The notes under the pieces are model-generated. The model was given only the letters and a program-made list of their open reading frames with translations, was not told the origin of the DNA and did no database searches. From assembly GCA_965219535.1 (NCBI GenBank), contig CBDCNV010000001.1, forward strand, positions 1,080,001 to 1,112,000: a stretch of DNA of 32,000 nt, written 5' to 3'. The position numbers were made by a program, and so were the translations under genes. Each line of letters begins with the position of its first letter. Within the stretch, counting starts at the first letter, position 1. Origin of the DNA: Opitutales bacterium (lineage in GTDB: Bacteria > Verrucomicrobiota > Verrucomicrobiia > Opitutales > PNEW01). Below are positions 18,776 through 25,300 of this stretch, in pieces.

Positions 18776-18951
18776 CCCCAAACCCCGAACCCCAAACCCC
18801 GAACCCTGAACCCCGAACCCTGAACCCCGAACCCTGAACCCCGAACCCTGAACCCTGAACCCCGAACCCTGAACCCCGAACCCTGAACCCCGAACCCTGA
18901 ACCCTGAACCCTGAACCCTGTACCGAGGGCGTAGCCCGACATCTTCCACCC
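18776..18951 (+). repeat. Heptamer tandem array (21 units, CCCCGAA/CCCTGAA alternating) plus conserved 29-nt tail
   Basis: I counted units from 18776 to 18922. They are CCCCAAA CCCCGAA CCCCAAA CCCCGAA, then mostly alternating CCCTGAA/CCCCGAA, ending in CCCTGTA. The last 60 nt (18892-18951) are identical to 29961-30020. Confidence 0.9.
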
Positions 18952-19158
18952 CAAAATCAGTCGATCCCAACCAGAGGTTTAGGGGACTCCACGCTCGCCC
19001 TTTACTGTCTATTATCATAAATAATCGTTTCCAGAGCTTTCAGATTTTTATAGTATTTTTAAGAATCCTGTTGCATTATTAGCGAAAATTAACCATTTTC
19101 GCCAGTTCTCAGTATTGATACGTCCACCTTTAACTACTTTGAACGGAGAGATTTAACT

Positions 19159-19371
19159 TTGAGAGACGACTATATAGAAGCAGCCCAAAAAATTATTCCT
19201 GACCCGAATATTCTCATTAACGTGGTATCACGCCGTGTAAAACAGCTTAAATATGGCAACAAACCGCTGGTGGAATCTCTGGAGCGTTTAAGTCCTGAAG
19301 ATATTGCACTGAGAGAGATTATTGAAGGGAAAATTACTTACGAACTATTTGATCCGGATATGGAAGACTGA
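19159..19371 (+). CDS. rpoZ: DNA-directed RNA polymerase subunit omega
   Basis: 70 aa, TTG start 9 nt after GGAGAG. 'ILINVVSRRVKQL' and 'ALREIIEGKI' resemble the conserved omega core. Confidence 0.7.
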   Translation: MRDDYIEAAQKIIPDPNILINVVSRRVKQLKYGNKPLVESLERLSPEDIALREIIEGKITYELFDPDMED

Positions 19372-19465
19372 TTCCTGCTGGCCATCGAGGTTCTACAGCC
19401 TTTCCGCCTTCAATCATAACGGGAAGTGGGTGTTGTAGGCGCTGACTTTTTGTTCAGGATGAGCC

Positions 19466-19942
19466 ATGGCTGCAAAAAAAATAGATTCAAAACGTTATCG
19501 GGAAATCCGTAACGCTAAAGCTCGTCGGGACTTCTTTGTCGAGGATTCCTTAGAGGTCGGTATTGTCTTAACGGGGACTGAGGTTAAGTCCATACGCAGC
19601 GGCAGGGCGCAAATCAGTGATGCTTTTATCCGTATTGATAAGGGAGAGGCCTTTCTCTACCACGCCCATATTGAGGAATATCTATTTGGAAATCTCAACA
19701 ACCATATTCCCTATCGCCCACGCAAATTAATCCTTCATAAAAAAGAAATTCAAAAACTTGAGGTTGCATTACAAGGCGGGGGCAGAACTTTAATTCCCTT
19801 GCGGCTCTATTTTAAAAAGGGACTGATAAAAGTACAGATTGCCCTTTGCAAAGGAAAAAAACTTTATGATAAGCGTGAAGATCTTAAAAAGAAAGCGATC
19901 CTGCGAGACACGGAAAGAACAATGAGAGATTATCGTACTTGA
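19466..19942 (+). CDS. smpB: SsrA-binding protein
   Basis: 158 aa. It has 'NAKARRDFFVED', 'GIVLTGTEVKSIR', 'RPRKLILHKKEI' and 'GKKLYDKRED', typical of SmpB. Confidence 0.93.
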   Translation: MAAKKIDSKRYREIRNAKARRDFFVEDSLEVGIVLTGTEVKSIRSGRAQISDAFIRIDKGEAFLYHAHIEEYLFGNLNNHIPYRPRKLILHKKEIQKLEVALQGGGRTLIPLRLYFKKGLIKVQIALCKGKKLYDKREDLKKKAILRDTERTMRDYRT

Positions 19943-19993
19943 GCGACGTGGTTTAGCAGGTGGATATAGTTTGCCCATCTTTTTATTAAGATA

Positions 19994-20190
19994 ATCTTCG
20001 TCTTCGTCTGCCTCAACGTCTTCGTCCTGCAAGAGCGGAAGGGTAGAAGAATGGAAGAACGGAAGGTTGGATGCTTGGATGGGTAAAAATTAAAAAACTG
20101 TTCACCGTTTACTGTTCACTTATTCCTGACACCCAAATAATCTTCACTGAACCCTGAACCCTGAACCCTGAACCCCGATCCCCGATCCCC
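19994..20190 (+). repeat. Composite repeat element (CTTCGT module, GGAAG-rich segment, ACTGTTCAC direct repeat, heptamer array)
   Basis: ATCTTCGTCTTCGTCTGCCTCAACGTCTTCGTCC lies at 19994-20027. A GGAAG-rich run lies at 20031-20084. ACTGTTCAC occurs twice (20097-20105 and 20111-20119). The heptamer array (CCCTGAA x3, CCCCGAT x2, then CCCC) spans 20152-20190 and ends 12 nt before the trmL ATG. Confidence 0.85.
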
Positions 20191-20202
20191 AACAATCACT
20201 CA

Positions 20203-20676
20203 ATGTTGCATATTATACTCTACGAACCGGAAATTCCCCAAAACACGGGCAATATCGGGAGATTGTCCGCCATTACTCGATCTCGTCTTCATCTTATTCA
20301 CCCTCTGGGTTTCAAAATAAACGATCGTCATCTTAAACGTAGCGGGATGGATTACTGGCAAGATCTCGACATTTGTCATCACGATAATTGGGATGAGTTC
20401 TTAATAAGCCCGGATCGCCCAAAGAATATATGGTTGTTCAGTACAAAAGCCACCACCTCCTTTTGGACGGTAAAGTTTTCTGATGGCGACGGCTTGTTAT
20501 TTGGAAATGAAGGTTCAGGTTGTCCTCAAAACCTTCACGCATGGGCCGGTGATGAACGACGCGTGACAATTCCACATTTTAATAGAGATTTACGTTCTCT
20601 CAATTTATCGACCAGCGTAGGGATTGCCGCCTATGAAGCGTTGCGGCAAATTAAAAGCGGTACTTTAACCGAGTGA
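20203..20676 (+). CDS. trmL: tRNA (cytidine(34)-2'-O)-methyltransferase (SPOUT family, TrmL/YibK type)
   Basis: 157 aa. It has 'LYEPEIPQNTGNIGR', 'LLFGNEGSG' and 'SLNLSTSVGIAAYEALRQ', the trefoil-knot SPOUT motifs, with the size and N-terminus of TrmL. Confidence 0.85.
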   Translation: MLHIILYEPEIPQNTGNIGRLSAITRSRLHLIHPLGFKINDRHLKRSGMDYWQDLDICHHDNWDEFLISPDRPKNIWLFSTKATTSFWTVKFSDGDGLLFGNEGSGCPQNLHAWAGDERRVTIPHFNRDLRSLNLSTSVGIAAYEALRQIKSGTLTE

Positions 20677-22044
20677 TTTATACTCGGCATTTCCTCTCAG
20701 CCGCCAGCATGCGAAAAGAATTAAGATCGCGAAGGTAACCAGAAAATATCCGGGAAACCAGGCGAGTGCGTCAATAAAGACCGCGTTATTTATATCTTCT
20801 AAAACCCGGGTGTGCTCTGCCAATTCTATTTTGAGTTTCATCTTTGCAAGGAGCAGTGCATAAAGTATTCCCACCGCTCCATAAGCGAGGTTAAATGATA
20901 AGCCTTTAAAGCTTAGTACCGTAGCTCTTTGTTCAGAACTGGTAATGCGGTTCAAATAGTGACTGAGGAAAAAATCACACATGAACATAACGCCGAATAG
21001 AAGGAGCATGGGTATCAATCCGAAGAGGGGGATGGTGAACATCATACCCCATAATCCCAGGAATGTAATTGACGCGATAACTCCCAGATTAAATACCGGC
21101 GTTTTTTGATTTACTAATTTTAGTGCGAGTGGAGGAATAAATAGACCCATTATAAAGAGTCCCGATCCGATGATGCCGAATAACGCTTCCGGGATTTGAA
21201 TGACGCGGAAGTACTGACTGCTTATCGTTATTGCCATACGAATAATATTGTCGAAGACAAGGCCCGCCAATATTATGGCTAGCGCAAATGGTGTTTTCAA
21301 AATCCAAAGACCCGCCTGCAGTGTAATGCGCACAGCGTCAATGATTGCTTTATCCCAACTTCTTTTTTCACCCGGACTACTGTCTTTTAATCCGGAGATT
21401 TCACGCATTTTCAAGGCGGTAATCAGTGTCATCAACGCCATTCCAAGGTTTAAATAGAGGGGGAATCTTAAGGTAATGGATTGATTTAGATTTACCTTCA
21501 ATCCTATGAAATCAGCGATCTGTTGCATCAGCGTTGGGTCATATACAGCTGCACCGAGGCTCATCGCGACGATAAAGGCGATAGACTGGAACCGCATTCT
21601 AAGATTGAGCACTTGACCCCAGTCATTGATGTCGCCCTCTTCTTTTAAAGAATCGTATGCGAGAGCTTCATCCGCGCCACTGGCCGCAGCTTCCGCGGCT
21701 CCGCCTATCACTCGGTTGAGTAGAAAAAGTGCAAATAACAATTCTGGATTACCTAAAGGGACAAAGCAGAGAATAGTCATTTCTATAACCATTAATATGC
21801 CCGTAGTTACTAACAGATTCCGTCTTCCGACAATATCTGCGAGTGCCCCCGAGGGCACCTCACAGACGACGATTGATGCGGCCCATGCGACATTGAGGAG
21901 AGCGAACTGTTCGAGGCTTAGTCCGAAATCTAAAAAAAGAATAGTAAAGATGGGATAATAAAACCGCGCCGTAAAAAAAATACGAAATGCAATAAAGAGG
22001 CGAATATTGCTGATCGCAAAAGGTGACTTACTCTCGGTTTCCAT
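20665..22044 (-). CDS. major facilitator superfamily transporter
   Basis: 459 aa and very hydrophobic, with roughly 12 predicted helices by eye. It has an MFS-like loop 'GALADIVGRRN' between helices 2 and 3. The substrate is unknown. Its 3' end overlaps trmL by 12 nt (convergent genes). Confidence 0.7.
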   Translation of the reverse strand: METESKSPFAISNIRLFIAFRIFFTARFYYPIFTILFLDFGLSLEQFALLNVAWAASIVVCEVPSGALADIVGRRNLLVTTGILMVIEMTILCFVPLGNPELLFALFLLNRVIGGAAEAAASGADEALAYDSLKEEGDINDWGQVLNLRMRFQSIAFIVAMSLGAAVYDPTLMQQIADFIGLKVNLNQSITLRFPLYLNLGMALMTLITALKMREISGLKDSSPGEKRSWDKAIIDAVRITLQAGLWILKTPFALAIILAGLVFDNIIRMAITISSQYFRVIQIPEALFGIIGSGLFIMGLFIPPLALKLVNQKTPVFNLGVIASITFLGLWGMMFTIPLFGLIPMLLLFGVMFMCDFFLSHYLNRITSSEQRATVLSFKGLSFNLAYGAVGILYALLLAKMKLKIELAEHTRVLEDINNAVFIDALAWFPGYFLVTFAILILFACWRLRGNAEYKSLG

Positions 22045-22325
22045 TAATTAATCTTTAATATATCCATTCTCTATTCATTACTTATAGCTTTAATTCTCTA
22101 ATTATTAAAATTAAAATCTAATAAACCATCTTCTATACGTTATTATAATGGGTTATGAATCGTGATGCCAGGTAGTGCGACTGGCTTTAAATTTATAATA
22201 TGAACTCAGGTGAACAAAAGAAAAGATAACCTGTCCTAAGGCGATTAGCGCGAGATTTAGATTTCCATATATTTTAATTTGCGTAATAATGATGGGGTGA
22301 AGTTTTTTAGCAGTTACGTAGGGAT

Positions 22326-25300
22326 ATGATTTTATCATTAACATCTAATAGTCCAGAAAAAGGAATACCTTTGATCAATAGATATTTTCTCTTCTTGGCT
22401 TTAATTTTTACCAGTTATTCCTGGGTCCTCGGTCAGTCCGACCCCCTAACGACGACGACTTATGGCGAACTTAATGAGAAGGCGAAGAGTTACTTTGACA
22501 ATAAATCTTATGCCCTGGCTATAGAGGTCTACGAGGAAATTGCCGCTTTATCCCTAACGGCAGAGCAAAAACGCGCGGTGACTTTTCGACTCGCCGACAG
22601 TCGATGGCGTAACGAGGTAGCCACCGAATCTTCTGATCATACGACGCTACAAGAAGCGCGCATCGTGATGGAAGATATCATTCATGATCTAAAGAATGAA
22701 ATACATCTCCCGCAGCTATGGGCCGAAGTGGAAGAGTCGTTGGCAGATTCCTGGTGGTTGCCGAGAAACCAACGCAATTGGGGCCAGGCTTGGTTACATT
22801 ATGAACGCGCGTTCGATTATTGGGCGGGATCCAGTGAATTACAGAAGGCCCGCAGTCGTTACTTGAGCCTCGCCTGGAAAATTTCGCGATCACCAGACCT
22901 GCATAATAACAACTATACCTATGGTTATTATGGCAATTATCTTCCGCTCCCGGTTCTGGAAAATTTGATCAGTATAGCTGTTGAGCCCCAGGATAAGGCA
23001 CACGCGCATTATCTAATGGCAATGACTTTGAGAAGTCGGGGCGGTCGTTCGCAACAACAGTCGCGTATTGGAGTGGAGTTCGAAAAAGCATTAACGGTCG
23101 GTGTTAAGACGGAATGGTATGATGATGCCCTTTTTAACTACGCTCAGTGGGCCGCTCAAAGTGGATTCAATGGCTATGATGAAGAGGGTAACCTCTTTTT
23201 AGAACCCGATTATGAAAAAGCCCTAAGCCTCTATCGGCGGCTAATAACTGAATATGAAAAAGGGGATACGCGTTATTACGATTCCACAGTATCGGCGATT
23301 AAAGAAATAACCAGGCCGACGGTAAATCTCAATGTCCCCCATGTGTTTATACCCGGGGCCGAAGTATTCTTTAATCTTAATTGGCGTGAAATTGAAACAG
23401 TAGCGATCTCAATATATCCGGTCAATTTAGCCCGTGACGTCAATTTTTCCGGTACGCGTTATAAACCCTGGCAATGGCTTCAGGCTATCGACCTTGAAGG
23501 AAAAGAAGCCATAGTGCAGCTGAGCCAGAGTAAAGCTGCAAAGAGGCCCTATTATCCCATGACCGATACCATACGATTGGAAGAGAAGCTTTCAAACGGG
23601 GCTTATTTAATCGAAGCGAAAGGAGAACGAGAAACAACGCGCGATATTATTCTCGTTACCGATGCCTCGCTCGTTCTTAAAACCACCAATCGACAGGCAG
23701 TCGGTTATTTTTGCAACGCATTAACGGGTAAACCCATTCCTGAAGGCAAGTTAGTGATCTGGGAGCATAGAGCGGATGGGCGCAAGAAAATCTGGCGCCG
23801 CACCGACCGAACGTTGACCAGCCAGGGATTGGCAAATTTTAAATATAACAAAGTCAGCGAGAACCGCAGCTATTTTGCCTGCGCGATAAGTGAAAATGAC
23901 CAGGCGTTTGCTATTTCATCTTATAATTATTTGACGCAGGATAATGATAGGGCTTGGCGTATATACGCCTATACAGATCGTCCAGCATACCGGCCAGATG
24001 AAACGGTCTATTGGAAAGCTATCGCCCGCCAATATGAAGGTGAAAGTTATTTCGTTCCCAAGGATGAGCGAATTACCTATCGAATAGATGATCCGCGTGG
24101 CTCTGTGGTCGATGAAGGGGAAGCGATGATCAATGCTTTTGGCGCTTTTTTGGGAGAAATGTCGCTTACTTCCGCTATGACCTTAGGCGCTTACCGGATA
24201 AATTTTCGACGAGAGGTAGACAATACATGGATTGGTTCGGCTACGCTGTTTCGTCTCGAAGAGTACAAATTACCAGAGTTTAAAGTAAGTATCGCATTGG
24301 GTGATGGGGATTCGGCGTCACCTGGGGCTTTCGCCATGGGGGATTCAGTTACGGGTAGCATCCAAGCCGATTATTATTTTGGGGGACCCGTTCCGAATGC
24401 AGATGTTGAAGTCGTTATCTATCGCAAACCCTTTTACCATTGGTGGCGACCGACTCGTGAATTCAGTTGGTACTACGCGAATACTGAATCCATGGGATGG
24501 AATCGATATGGTGGTCCCGGGCAGATTATAAAGCGCGAGACGCTTCAAACTGATTCCAAAGGTAAGGTGGTATTCAGTTTTGATACTCCACAGTTCTCCG
24601 ATCAGGATTATGAATTTATAATCGAAGCGAGAATCACTGATGCTTCACGACGTGAGATCGTAATGAAACGAAGTGTAAAGGTTACACGGCAAAGTTATTT
24701 TGTTTATCTCGAACCTGAGCATAGGATTTATCAACCGAAGGATCGCGTTAAAATTAAGTTGAATACGCTTGATGCCAATAACCGACCGGTTGGAGTTGAG
24801 GGCCAATTGCGTCTGATCCGGGATAAATGGAAGGAAACCTGGGTCGATGACCGGTGCCGTGAAATATCGGGTCAGAAACTTGGCGAAATCAAAGCGAGAC
24901 CCGCTATTTTCCAATCCTTTACGACCGCGCCCGAGGATTACCGGCTGATTTCTCAGGGATATGAATCTGAGGAAATTGAAGTTGTACGCATTAAAACAAA
25001 TAAGGAGGGTAACGCGGAATATGAATTCGAGGTTCCCGGTACCGGTTACTACAGAATTGCCTGGTTAAGTCGTGATAAAAGCGGTCAACCGATAAAAGGG
25101 GACACAGCCATCTGGACGGCAAAAGAAAATGATAAGGAATTAGGTTATCGACCGGGGGGTGTTTCAATAGTCGTGGATAAAGATACAATCAAAGTTGGAA
25201 ATAAAGCGCCCATTATGCTGACTGTACCCGCAGCCGACCGGTATTTATTGTTCAGTGTCGGAGCCGATGAAATCATGTCTACGCAGGTCGTCCATTTGGA

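Noticed and set aside
18776-18922. Possibility that the short-unit repeats or hairpins are a CRISPR array or a telomere-type end
   Set aside because: The units are 6-8 nt with no unique spacers, far below CRISPR repeat and spacer sizes, and no cas genes are present. The TTCAGGG-like arrays are internal, flanked on both sides by housekeeping genes, and occur three times. They are therefore not chromosome ends.
18712-19018. Two overlapping - strand ORFs (80 and 88 aa) encoding 'GSGFRVQGSGFRVRGSGF...' repeats
   Set aside because: They are translation artefacts of the 7-nt tandem array. A 7-nt unit returns to the same frame every 21 nt, so every frame gives the same 7-aa periodic peptide. The two ORFs overlap each other in different frames, start at non-ATG or incidental codons, and have no non-repetitive domain.
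19943-20202. Expectation of an ssrA (tmRNA) gene next to smpB
   Set aside because: The spacer is only 260 nt and is filled by the repeat modules. I saw no tRNA-like acceptor/T-arm or tag-peptide reading frame.
20665-20676. 12-nt overlap of the convergent trmL and MFS 3' ends, and the 10-nt clpX/M42 gap (4285-4294)
   Set aside because: Tight or overlapping convergent ends are common in compact genomes. I note them only as a contrast to the repeat-filled spacers.
22153-22344. 63-aa - strand ORF in the MFS / A2M divergent spacer
   Set aside because: It sits in an A/T-rich promoter-like region and overlaps the A2M start codon. It has no RBS or recognisable motif, and its size and composition are consistent with chance.
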